In this document: in pieces, positions 7,098 to 14,643 of the stretch
How the letters are laid out: each line of letters begins with the position of its first letter
Position numbering within the stretch: position 1 is the stretch's first letter
Source: Candidatus Sericytochromatia bacterium
GTDB lineage: Bacteria; Cyanobacteriota; Sericytochromatia; S15B-MN24; JAQBPE01
DNA length: 21,132 bases
Direction of reading: 5' to 3'
Assembly (NCBI GenBank): GCA_035285125.1
Contig: JAYKHR010000068.1
Span: 1-21,132 of the forward strand
The notes under the pieces: model-generated
Databases searched by the model: none
What the model saw: the letters and a program-made list of their open reading frames with translations, nothing else
Told to the model about the DNA's origin: nothing
Made by a program: the position numbers and the translations under genes

Positions 7098-9391
7098 GCG
7101 CCCCTCCGCTGGAAGCTGAACACCTGCCGCAGGACGTCGAGGTGGTTGCAGCGGAAGGCCGCGACCAGCGTTGGCTCCGCATGCGGCGTCGCCAGATGGT
7201 AGGTCACCATGCCCCACGTGCCCCAGCGGGACCAGTGCGCCACGACGAAGCCGTCCACCACGGCGATCTCCCAGCTGCGGCCCCCGCGGGCAAGGTCGGG
7301 GAAGGTACGGGTGACGAAGGCCAGCCGGGGATCCGACGCCACGGTGGGCGCCAGGCTCTCACACGCCGGGCAGGGGCCCTGGTCGCCCGAGACACAGCGC
7401 GCGCAAGCGGGCACGCCGCACGTCGCACAGGGCGTCAGCTCGGCCTCGTCCATCGGCAGGATGCACCCGGGGCATGCCTCCAGCGTCACGGGCCGGGCCG
7501 CGGCCGGCGGGGCGTCGAAGAGGGCCGCCAGCGCCTGGTCCTCGTGGGCCTCGTCGACGCGGCGCGTCGGGGTGAACGAGACGGGCGCGCGCAGCACGTC
7601 GGGGGTGGGCAGCAGGGCCTCCTCCGGCGCCCCGATGGGCGCGGCCGGCGCGCCGCCCGTGAAGGCCAGCAGCGCGGCCAGGGGCGAGCGAGGGGCAGGG
7701 GCGGGCGCGACCTCGGGGGCCGCCGCCTCGGGGCCTGCGACCGCCGTGGGCGCGGGCTCGGGCGTCGCTGCCTCGGGGCCTGCGACCGCCCCGGGCCCGA
7801 CCTCGGGGACCGCCGTCTCGGAGCCCGCGACCGCCGTGGGCCCGACCTCGGGGGCCGCCGCCTCGGGGCCTGCGACCGCCACGGGCTCGGCCTCGGGGGC
7901 CGCCGCCTCGGGGCCTGCAGCGATGAGGGTCACGGCCGCGGGGGCTGGCATCGCTGGCCCTGCTTCGGCGGCTGGCGCCCCCAGGCCTTCGACCGCCACG
8001 GGCCCGACCGCGGGGGCCTGCGCCTCATGACCTGCGGCGGTGGGTGGCGCGGGCTCGGTCGCCGTCGGCGCCTCGGCCTCCAGCACCGCGGCGGCCACGC
8101 AGCCCTCGCAGATCCCCGCGTCGTGCGTCGCCGCCCCGTGGAGGTGCTCGGCGCACAGCTCGGCCAGGCAACCGGCACACGGGACCAGGCACGCGGCGCA
8201 GACCGTCGCGCCGCAGGCGCCGCAAGCCGCGAGCCCACCCTCCGAGCGATCGCCACAGCCCGGGCAGGCCGTCACGCAGGGCCGGCACTGCAAGGTGCCG
8301 TCCGCCTGCAGCACGGCCTCGCGGGCGGGCTCCCCGCAGGCCGCGCACGGCGGCACCGCGATCTCCCGGGTGACGGGCCAGTAGCGCAGCGGCAGCGTCG
8401 TGGCCTGGCCGTCAGGCAGGGTGGCGTCCACCTCGTAGGTCAACACGTCATAGGACGCGTAGCAGATCGCGACGAGGTCCGTCAGCGCCGTCAGGTCGTG
8501 GCGCTCGCGCTCGTCGGCCAGCTTCCGCTCGCACGCCGCCTCGATGCCGGCCAGTTGGGCCTCGCGGCCGGCGCGGGCGTTGCCGAGCTGGGTCTGGAGG
8601 CTGCCTGCCTCCTGCTGCCACCGGGCGATCGCGTCCGGGGTGCGGGCCTCGGCCAGCCTCGTCCGGGACGCCGCCAGCCTCTCTTCGAGCTGGGCCTCGC
8701 GCGTCAGCACCTGGCCCATCTGCTGCTCGTAGTACTGGTTCGTGCGCGTCTCGGTCTCCCGCAGCAGGTCCGCGAGCTCGGCCTCGAGCGCCTGGCCCCG
8801 CACGTCGGTGTCGGCGTCGATCAGCAGCAAGGAACGGTTGAGCAGCCCGCGCACGGCCTGCTCCGAGGGGTAGTGCCGCGGCCGGATCAGCAGGGTCGGG
8901 GCCTCGTAGAGCAGCGGCTCCACGAGGGGCAGCCGCTCGGAGGTCTCGACGTCCCACACGTGGTGGTGCATCACCTCCCGCCGGGCGTTGAGGGCCTGGG
9001 CGTCGAAGGTGACGCGGTGGCTGAGCCCCAGCGCGACGCGGTTCTCCACCCCCTTGAGCCTGGCGCGGTGGATGGCCCAGCCTGGCGGCAGGGCCTCCGT
9101 CAGGGTCCGCGACGGGTTGCCGATGGGCGCGCAGACCAGGTAGCGGCAGGACACCACCACCTCGGCCGTGAGGTCATCGAGGATGGCCCGCCACTCCGGG
9201 CTGGTCGCCGTGAGGGCGGTGGGCGCGTCGTCACCGAGCGGCGCCTCGTCCGCGAATGTGACGCGCAAGGAGGTCCCCTGGCGCGGCGTGATGCGGTAGG
9301 CCTCCGGACCCTCGTGCTCGAGGGGCTGGATGGCGGCGCCACGCTTGCGGTAGTACTCGAGCGCGAACGAGCGGATGGAGGCGTCTGACAT
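7094..9391 (-). CDS. YqhG-like SNF2-helicase partner protein with coiled coil and two multi-CxxC zinc-binding clusters (765 aa)
   Basis: GAGGAG RBS before ATG 9391. The N-terminus (SIRSFALEYYRKRGA) and its position after a YqhH-like helicase recall Bacillus YqhG. It has 11 CxxC and 1 CxxH. The family call is from memory. Confidence 0.7.
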   Translation of the reverse strand: MSDASIRSFALEYYRKRGAAIQPLEHEGPEAYRITPRQGTSLRVTFADEAPLGDDAPTALTATSPEWRAILDDLTAEVVVSCRYLVCAPIGNPSRTLTEALPPGWAIHRARLKGVENRVALGLSHRVTFDAQALNARREVMHHHVWDVETSERLPLVEPLLYEAPTLLIRPRHYPSEQAVRGLLNRSLLLIDADTDVRGQALEAELADLLRETETRTNQYYEQQMGQVLTREAQLEERLAASRTRLAEARTPDAIARWQQEAGSLQTQLGNARAGREAQLAGIEAACERKLADERERHDLTALTDLVAICYASYDVLTYEVDATLPDGQATTLPLRYWPVTREIAVPPCAACGEPAREAVLQADGTLQCRPCVTACPGCGDRSEGGLAACGACGATVCAACLVPCAGCLAELCAEHLHGAATHDAGICEGCVAAAVLEAEAPTATEPAPPTAAGHEAQAPAVGPVAVEGLGAPAAEAGPAMPAPAAVTLIAAGPEAAAPEAEPVAVAGPEAAAPEVGPTAVAGSETAVPEVGPGAVAGPEAATPEPAPTAVAGPEAAAPEVAPAPAPRSPLAALLAFTGGAPAAPIGAPEEALLPTPDVLRAPVSFTPTRRVDEAHEDQALAALFDAPPAAARPVTLEACPGCILPMDEAELTPCATCGVPACARCVSGDQGPCPACESLAPTVASDPRLAFVTRTFPDLARGGRSWEIAVVDGFVVAHWSRWGTWGMVTYHLATPHAEPTLVAAFRCNHLDVLRQVFSFQRRGA
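7709..7920. repeat. About 5 copies of a 45-bp coding tandem repeat (VAGPEAAAPEVGPTA-like linker)
   Basis: CTCGGG anchors recur at 7712, 7757, 7802, 7847 and 7892. Confidence 0.88.
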
Positions 9392-9417
9392 GGAGGCTCC
9401 TCGGGACGAGCTGGGTG

Positions 9418-9534
9418 CTACTTCTTGCCGGCCGTCGGGGCCGGCACGAGGTACCAGGCGCCGTCCCGGTAGACGAACGTGCCCGGGGGCAGGGTGGGAG
9501 GGGTGGGGGGCACGGCGGCGCGCGCAGGCTTCAT
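9418..9534 (-). CDS. Candidate 38-aa microprotein MKPARAAVPPTPPTLPPGTFVYRDGAWYLVPAPTAGKK
   Basis: Hand-translated ATG 9534 to TAG 9418. It fills the gap between two co-oriented genes and nearly all third codon positions are G/C. The RBS is weak. Confidence 0.5.
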   Translation of the reverse strand: MKPARAAVPPTPPTLPPGTFVYRDGAWYLVPAPTAGKK

Positions 9535-9546
9535 CGGTTCTTCGCT

Positions 9547-11322
9547 TCAGGAGGCGTGCGGGGTCCCCTCCAAGGCGGAGAGGTCCAGCAGGGACAGGGT
9601 CTTTGCGTCGAAGGCCTTGAGCTGGTCGGCGGCCTGCTTCGCGAGGGCGAGCTGCTCGCCGAGCGCCTCGAACTGATAGCGCAGCTCGCGGGGCTCGCGC
9701 GCCTTGGCGATCACGTCGATCACGCTGCGCTCGAAGCTCTCGACGCCGCGCAGCTGGCTGAGGATCAGATCCGTCTCGCCCACGGCGGTGTTGAAGAGGT
9801 GGAGCTTCTGGCTGAGCAGCTCCAGGATGTACTCCTCGATCGTGTCGCGAATGGCCATGTTGACGATCACCACGTCGCGCTGCTGGCCGATGCGGTGCAC
9901 GCGGCCGATGCGCTGCTCGACGCGCATCGGGTTCCAGGGCAGGTCGTAGTTCACGAGGACGTTGCAAAACTGGAGGTTGACGCCCTCCGACCCGGCGTCC
10001 GTGCACAGCAACACCTGGCGCCCGGGCTCGCGGAACTGCTGCACGGCGGCGTCCTTCTCGCGCTGGGACATGAGGCCCGAGAACAGGATCACCTCGTGAC
10101 CCGCTCCGGCCAGCTGCTGCTGCAAGAAGCGCTGCGTCTCGTAGAAGCTGGTGAAGACGATGGCCTTGTCCGCCGTCTCCTCAAGCACGCGCAGCAGCGC
10201 CTGGGTCTTCGAGTTGGTGCGCATCGCCTGCGCCAGCTGCCCGATGCGGAGCAGCTGGACGCCCTCGGTGGCCTCCGCGGCCTCCAGCGCCATGCCGCGC
10301 ACGGTCTGGGCGAGCGCGGCCGGGCTGCTGGCGAGCATCCGCGAGAGCCGGATGTAGGTCAGCGTCTTGAAGCCCCGCTCGGGGTGGCCCGCGCCCGCCT
10401 CGTCACCCCGAACGAAGTCGATCACGGCCTGGTGGAGCGCCATCTCGTCCGGCGTGCCGTCGAGCAGCACCGTCTCGACGCGGCGGTCTGCGAAGGTGAT
10501 CCCGACGTCGGCCCGGCGGTGGCGCACCATCACCCGGCGCAGCAGCTCGGCGAGGCGCGGGGCGTCCCGCAGCACGCGCCCCTGCTTGTCTGCCACGAAG
10601 GCCTCGCGGAAGTGCTCGAAGGTCCCGAGCAGGCCCTCCTGCACCAGGTCCGTGAGGTTGTAGAGCTCGAAGAGGCTGTTCTGCACGGGCGTCGCCGTGA
10701 GCAGCAGGATGAACCGCGTGCGGAGCTGCTTCACGAACTTGTAGCCGAGCGTGGCCGAGTTCTTGAGCCTGTGCGCCTCGTCGACCACCACGAGGTCCCA
10801 CGGGCGGGCCAGCAGGGCCGCGGCGTTGGCCGGCTGCTTGGCCATGTCGAGGCTCGCGATCAGCGTGTCGTGCTGGTCGAAGCCCAGGAAGGGCTGCTCG
10901 TCGGGCCCCGGCTTGCCGGTGTCCGCGACGGCGAAGACCTCGCCGAACTTGTAGCGCAGCTCGCCCCGCCACTGCGTCGTGAGCGGCGCCGGCGTGAGGA
11001 TCAGCACACGGCGCGCCAGGCCCCTCGCCATGTACTCCTTGATGATGAGGCCGGCCTCGATCGTCTTGCCCAGGCCCACCTCGTCCGCCAGGATGGCGCG
11101 CGTCCGCATCCGGTTGATGGTCGTCATGACGGCGTCGACCTGGTGCGGCAGAATTTGAATCTGGCGCCGGTCCAGCTGGGAGACCGCCACGAGCTGCTCG
11201 ATCTGGTCTTGCAGGCTCCGGCGGTGGGCCGCCACGCTCAGCCGCTGCCAGTCCGGGTGGCAGAATTCCTCTGCCACCAGGCGGCGCACGCCCTCGCCCA
11301 CGTTGCGATACACCTTCTTCAT
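9547..11322 (-). CDS. SNF2-family helicase/ATPase, YqhH/RapA-like (591 aa)
   Basis: LPHQ, ILADEVGLGKTIEAG, VVDEAHRLKN, LLTATPVQN, DAGSEGVNLQ and YDLPWNPMRVEQRIGRVHRIGQ motifs; start ATG 11322 after GAAGGG. Confidence 0.95.
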   Translation of the reverse strand: MKKVYRNVGEGVRRLVAEEFCHPDWQRLSVAAHRRSLQDQIEQLVAVSQLDRRQIQILPHQVDAVMTTINRMRTRAILADEVGLGKTIEAGLIIKEYMARGLARRVLILTPAPLTTQWRGELRYKFGEVFAVADTGKPGPDEQPFLGFDQHDTLIASLDMAKQPANAAALLARPWDLVVVDEAHRLKNSATLGYKFVKQLRTRFILLLTATPVQNSLFELYNLTDLVQEGLLGTFEHFREAFVADKQGRVLRDAPRLAELLRRVMVRHRRADVGITFADRRVETVLLDGTPDEMALHQAVIDFVRGDEAGAGHPERGFKTLTYIRLSRMLASSPAALAQTVRGMALEAAEATEGVQLLRIGQLAQAMRTNSKTQALLRVLEETADKAIVFTSFYETQRFLQQQLAGAGHEVILFSGLMSQREKDAAVQQFREPGRQVLLCTDAGSEGVNLQFCNVLVNYDLPWNPMRVEQRIGRVHRIGQQRDVVIVNMAIRDTIEEYILELLSQKLHLFNTAVGETDLILSQLRGVESFERSVIDVIAKAREPRELRYQFEALGEQLALAKQAADQLKAFDAKTLSLLDLSALEGTPHAS

Positions 11323-11471
11323 GCAGCCCTTCGGTTCACGCAGAACAGTCCGGGGCCCATCGTAGCCCAGGGGCCGCCGTTTGTTCGTGACCCTGGTTAC
11401 AAATGTAGATGTGACGCGCGTTTGAGCCGATCGCCAGGGTGCATTTCGCACAGGCGAGGGGCCCCGAACCC

Positions 11472-11506
11472 CACGCCGCCCCCCTCGGGGTGAGGGGGGC
11501 GGCGTG
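11472..11506 (-). terminator. 15-bp GC-rich hairpin downstream of the Pro/Gly-rich gene
   Basis: CACGCCGCCCCCCTC-GGGGT-GAGGGGGGCGGCGTG is a perfect inverted repeat; there is no U tail. Confidence 0.55.
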
Positions 11507-11554
11507 AGGTGTGTGTGTGAGGAGAGAGAGCGGAAGGAGGATGGAAAGCTTGGT

Positions 11555-12364
11555 TCAGCCCAGGCCGACCCGGGCGCCGCCGAAGATGGCGGAGAGGATG
11601 TTGCCGAGGAAGTTGCCGATGCCGGCGACGACGTTGCCGAGGCCCGACACCAGGGCTCCGAGGCCCCGGCCGACCAGCCCGAACGCGCCGACCAGGCCGC
11701 GCCCCAGGAAGCCCACGGCTTCGCCGAGGCCGTTGAGGGCAGCGCCGCCCACCCGGCCGAGGAACCTGAACGGGGCTGCGAGCACCTCGAGCAGGCCGCC
11801 GCGGGCGCCCACGCCGGCGCCGCCACCGGCCCCGATCAGGGCCCGGCCACCGAGCACGGCGCCCACGATCAGGGTGCCGTTGACGAGCCAGCGGCCCACG
11901 GTCTCGCCGGTCGTGCGCGGCGCCCAAGGGTTCCGCCCGAGGTACGGCTGGCGCAGCTGGGGCGAGAACGGGTGGCGCAGGACCTGGCCAAGCTCGAACG
12001 AGCGCTCCTTGACGCCCACCCAGACCTCGCCCAAGAAGCTGCCGCCTGGCCCGGGTCGGCCGGGGTATGCGGGGGCGCCAGGGAAGGGAGACTGCGTCGG
12101 CGTGCCGGGGTAGGCCGGGAACGCCGGGTAGGTCGGCTGCGTCGGCGTGCCGGGGTAGCCGGGAAACGGCGGTCGGGTGTTCACCGGGGGCTGCACCGGC
12201 GCGGGCGGGTACCAGCCTGCCGGCGGCTGGGCCGGCCACTGCGGCGTGGGGGGGGCCACCGGCCCGGGGGCCACGGGCCACTGGGGCGACGGCGGCGTGA
12301 CGGAGCCGCGGCCAGGGCGGTACGGCCCGACGCGGTGGATGCTGGTCACGGAGACGTCGCTCAT
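11555..12364 (-). CDS. Hypothetical protein: Pro-rich repetitive N-half and Gly-rich hydrophobic (glycine-zipper-like) C-half
   Basis: GGAGG RBS; YPGTPTQ occurs twice; C-terminal GxxxG-periodic amphipathic stretch. Confidence 0.75.
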   Translation of the reverse strand: MSDVSVTSIHRVGPYRPGRGSVTPPSPQWPVAPGPVAPPTPQWPAQPPAGWYPPAPVQPPVNTRPPFPGYPGTPTQPTYPAFPAYPGTPTQSPFPGAPAYPGRPGPGGSFLGEVWVGVKERSFELGQVLRHPFSPQLRQPYLGRNPWAPRTTGETVGRWLVNGTLIVGAVLGGRALIGAGGGAGVGARGGLLEVLAAPFRFLGRVGGAALNGLGEAVGFLGRGLVGAFGLVGRGLGALVSGLGNVVAGIGNFLGNILSAIFGGARVGLG

Positions 12365-12691
12365 TCTGGGAACCTCCGAGGGGTGGCTGGCTTGTTAAGC
12401 ATCGTTTATGGCCTACTGAGGTTATAGGTAACTCCTCGTTAAACTTGCGTGGTGGGGGACTGAACCTGTGGGACCCTGATCGGCCCTTGATTCGGTGCCA
12501 TGAGGTTGAGCCGGTTATCCCGTGCGGATTTGGCCCCATCTTTGGGGGGCGGCGCCATCGCTCCCCGCTCCGGCCCGGAGAGGGGCCGCGTCGGCTGGAG
12601 GAGGTGATCGCGGAACCAGGGCCGGCCTGCGGGGATGCATCGGCGTGCGCCCCGGGTAAGCAGCCAGGGCGACCCACGCCGAGGAGGAGCC

Positions 12692-13984
12692 ATGGCCGAG
12701 TCCGCTGAAGCCAACCCGGGCGCCGTCCACGCCTGGGCGCTCTACGATTTCTCGACGACCGCGTTCTACATGAACTTCATGTCGACCTACTTCGCGCTGT
12801 GGGTCGTCAAGGACCAGCACGGCACCGACCTCGACTACGGCTGGGCCAAGTCGGCCTCGATGCTCGTCGTGGCGCTGCTGTCGCCGATGCTCGGGGCCTG
12901 GTCCGACCGCCTCGGGCGCACGCGCCCCTTCCTGCTCACCTTCACGGGCCTGTTCCTGGCCGGTGGTCTGGCCCTCGGCCACGTCTCGGGCCTGGCGGCC
13001 GGCCTCGTGATCTTCGGGTTGGCCAATGTCGGGCTGCAGCTCGCGAGCGTGTTCTACAACGCCATGCTGCCGGCGGTGGCCCCGCCCGACCGGGTGGGGC
13101 GCATCTCGGGCTACGGTCGCGCCGTGGGCTACGTGGGCTCCTTGATGGCAGTGCTGCTAGGGATGGCCTTCGCCACGGGCAAGCTCTTCGGCCAGTCCGT
13201 GCCAGGGCTCGCGGCCGGGGGCAACCAGGCCGTCTTCGTGCCCACGGCCCTGCTCGCCGGGGCGGCGGCGCTGCCCCTGCTCTGGCTGCGGGAGCGGCCG
13301 CGGGAGGCCAGCGTCACCGGGGGGGGCTCCACCGGCACGCTGGGGCCGGGCCGCTGGCTCGCGCTCGTCCGGGAGCTGTGGACCGACCCCCGGCTGCGGG
13401 GCGCTGGCCTGTTCCTTATTTCGGGCTTCCTGTTCTTCGACACGATCAACACCATCCGCGACTTCATGAGCATCTATCTGGTGAAGGTCGTCGGGCTCTC
13501 CGAGACGGCCGGCACGCTCCAGCGCTTCTTGCTCGTGGTGGTCGGGTGCTCCCTCGTGGGCGCGCTCGGCTTCGGCTGGCTGGCCGACCGCCTGTCGCCG
13601 CGCCGGGCGCTGCTGGTCGTGCTCGGCCTGCTGGGCGCCGGCTTCGCCGCCATGGTCGTCGTGCGCGAGCCCGCGCTGGTGCTGGGCGCCATCGGGCCGG
13701 TGCTCGGGCTGGCCTTCGGGGGCGTGCTCGTCACGGCCCGTCCGCTGCTCGCGCGGCTGGTGCCTGCCGAGCGCCGGGGGGAGTTCTTCGGCCTGTTCGT
13801 GCTCGCCAACGACTTCGCCGCCATCCTCGGGCCCCTCACGTGGGGCCTCGTGGTGCAGGGCCTGGCGAGCCAGGGGGTGGTGGCCTACCAGGTGGCGCTG
13901 GCTGTCCAGCTGGTGTTTCTCGCGCTGGGCTTCGCCGTGCTGCTGCGGGTCCCGGAAGGAGACGTGAACGCCCGGGCCTCCTGA
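12692..13984 (+). CDS. MFS transporter (UMF1/Atg22-like, 430 aa)
   Basis: GAGGAGGAG RBS; N-terminal AWALYDF, GAWSDRLGR and GWLADRLSPRR MFS motifs, FYNAMLP; about 12 TM segments. Confidence 0.92.
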   Translation: MAESAEANPGAVHAWALYDFSTTAFYMNFMSTYFALWVVKDQHGTDLDYGWAKSASMLVVALLSPMLGAWSDRLGRTRPFLLTFTGLFLAGGLALGHVSGLAAGLVIFGLANVGLQLASVFYNAMLPAVAPPDRVGRISGYGRAVGYVGSLMAVLLGMAFATGKLFGQSVPGLAAGGNQAVFVPTALLAGAAALPLLWLRERPREASVTGGGSTGTLGPGRWLALVRELWTDPRLRGAGLFLISGFLFFDTINTIRDFMSIYLVKVVGLSETAGTLQRFLLVVVGCSLVGALGFGWLADRLSPRRALLVVLGLLGAGFAAMVVVREPALVLGAIGPVLGLAFGGVLVTARPLLARLVPAERRGEFFGLFVLANDFAAILGPLTWGLVVQGLASQGVVAYQVALAVQLVFLALGFAVLLRVPEGDVNARAS

Positions 13985-13988
13985 CGGG

Positions 13989-14501
13989 CTACTCGTCCAG
14001 GCAGGCCAGGCCCGGCGGCGTCCCGGGCGAAGGCAGGGTGTTCCAGGCCTCGAGCAGGGCGGAGAGGCTGGTCGCCAGCGTCGCGCGGACGCCTGGCTCG
14101 AGCTGGGCGAAGACCCTGTGCAGCAGCTCTGTCCTGGCCTGGCGCGCCTCTTCGAGCAGCCGCTGGCCCTTCTCGCTGAGGCTGACGTACACGGCCCGCC
14201 GGTCTGCGGCGTCCGCGTCGCGTTGCACCAGGCCGCGCGTGGCGAGCCGGTCGACCAGGGTTGATGAGGCCCCCATCGAGAGGCCGAGGCGCTCGGCCAG
14301 CGGTGACATCTTCGAGCGATGCAGCCGCGCGATCGTGTCCAGGGCATAGAGTTGCGGCATCGTCAGGTTCGCCTGGCGACACAGCTGGGCCATGTGTGAC
14401 TTGTAGACGTACAGGAGCCGTTCCATGACATCGTCCTGGGCGGCTACCTCGTCGGCGAGCGCCGCGCCGGGGTCAGGATTGGGGTGGGGGTCGTGGGCCA
14501 T
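13989..14501 (-). CDS. MarR-family transcriptional regulator
   Basis: LTMPQLYAL, LAERLGLSMGASSTLVDRLATRGLVQR and DRRAVYVSLSEKG motifs. Confidence 0.93.
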   Translation of the reverse strand: MAHDPHPNPDPGAALADEVAAQDDVMERLLYVYKSHMAQLCRQANLTMPQLYALDTIARLHRSKMSPLAERLGLSMGASSTLVDRLATRGLVQRDADAADRRAVYVSLSEKGQRLLEEARQARTELLHRVFAQLEPGVRATLATSLSALLEAWNTLPSPGTPPGLACLDE

Positions 14502-14570
14502 GCGGTGTTAGTTTAAGGCAATAACCTTTTGAGGGCAAAACCTTTTTGCCGGGCTTGGGCGGCCTGCGGC

Positions 14571-14620
14571 TTGCCAGTCATTATTTACGCTGCTAAATTG
14601 TTTGGCTGTAAAAACAATTT
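14571..14620 (+). promoter_or_regulatory. Sigma70-type promoter overlapped by palindromic putative MarR operators
   Basis: TTGCCA (14571)-N17-TAAATT (14594). Palindromes ATTTA-N6-TAAAT (14583-14598) and AAATTGTTT-N8-AAACAATTT (14595-14620) lie in an AT-rich gap divergent from marR. Confidence 0.65.
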
Positions 14621-14643
14621 TCCTCGCCCCTGAGGCCCGCACC

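Noticed and set aside
6654..7202. ORFs crossing the CCAACT tract (6654-7202 +, 6614-6925 +, 6601-6903 -)
   Set aside because: No RBS, mixed 6/7-bp units scramble the peptide repeat, they run through a 19-bp hairpin, and they overlap the better-supported 6813-7097 gene.
7709..7920. 45-bp repeats as a CRISPR or mobile-element feature
   Set aside because: In-frame coding repeat in a protein linker; no spacers.
11340..11420. Possible LexA/SOS or CRP-type box upstream of the SNF2 gene
   Set aside because: Only half-sites (GAAC, GTTC) and an imperfect GTTACA-N8-TGTGAC palindrome; no known consensus is matched.
6941..11493. Long + strand ORFs (6941-9388, 9415-11493) and similar antisense or alternate-frame ORFs across the window
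   Set aside because: Shadow ORFs of high-GC coding DNA: Arg/Gly/Ala/Pro-rich, no motifs, and they overlap well-supported genes.
9392..11826. Extended N-termini in the ORF track (7094-10006, 9547-11826; likewise 1218-2861)
   Set aside because: The extensions overlap neighbouring genes; downstream ATGs with RBSs (9391, 11322, 2151) fit better.
12648..12672. AAGCAGCCAGGGC resembling SRP RNA helix 8
   Set aside because: The complementary CAGG-GNRA part of the SRP motif is absent.
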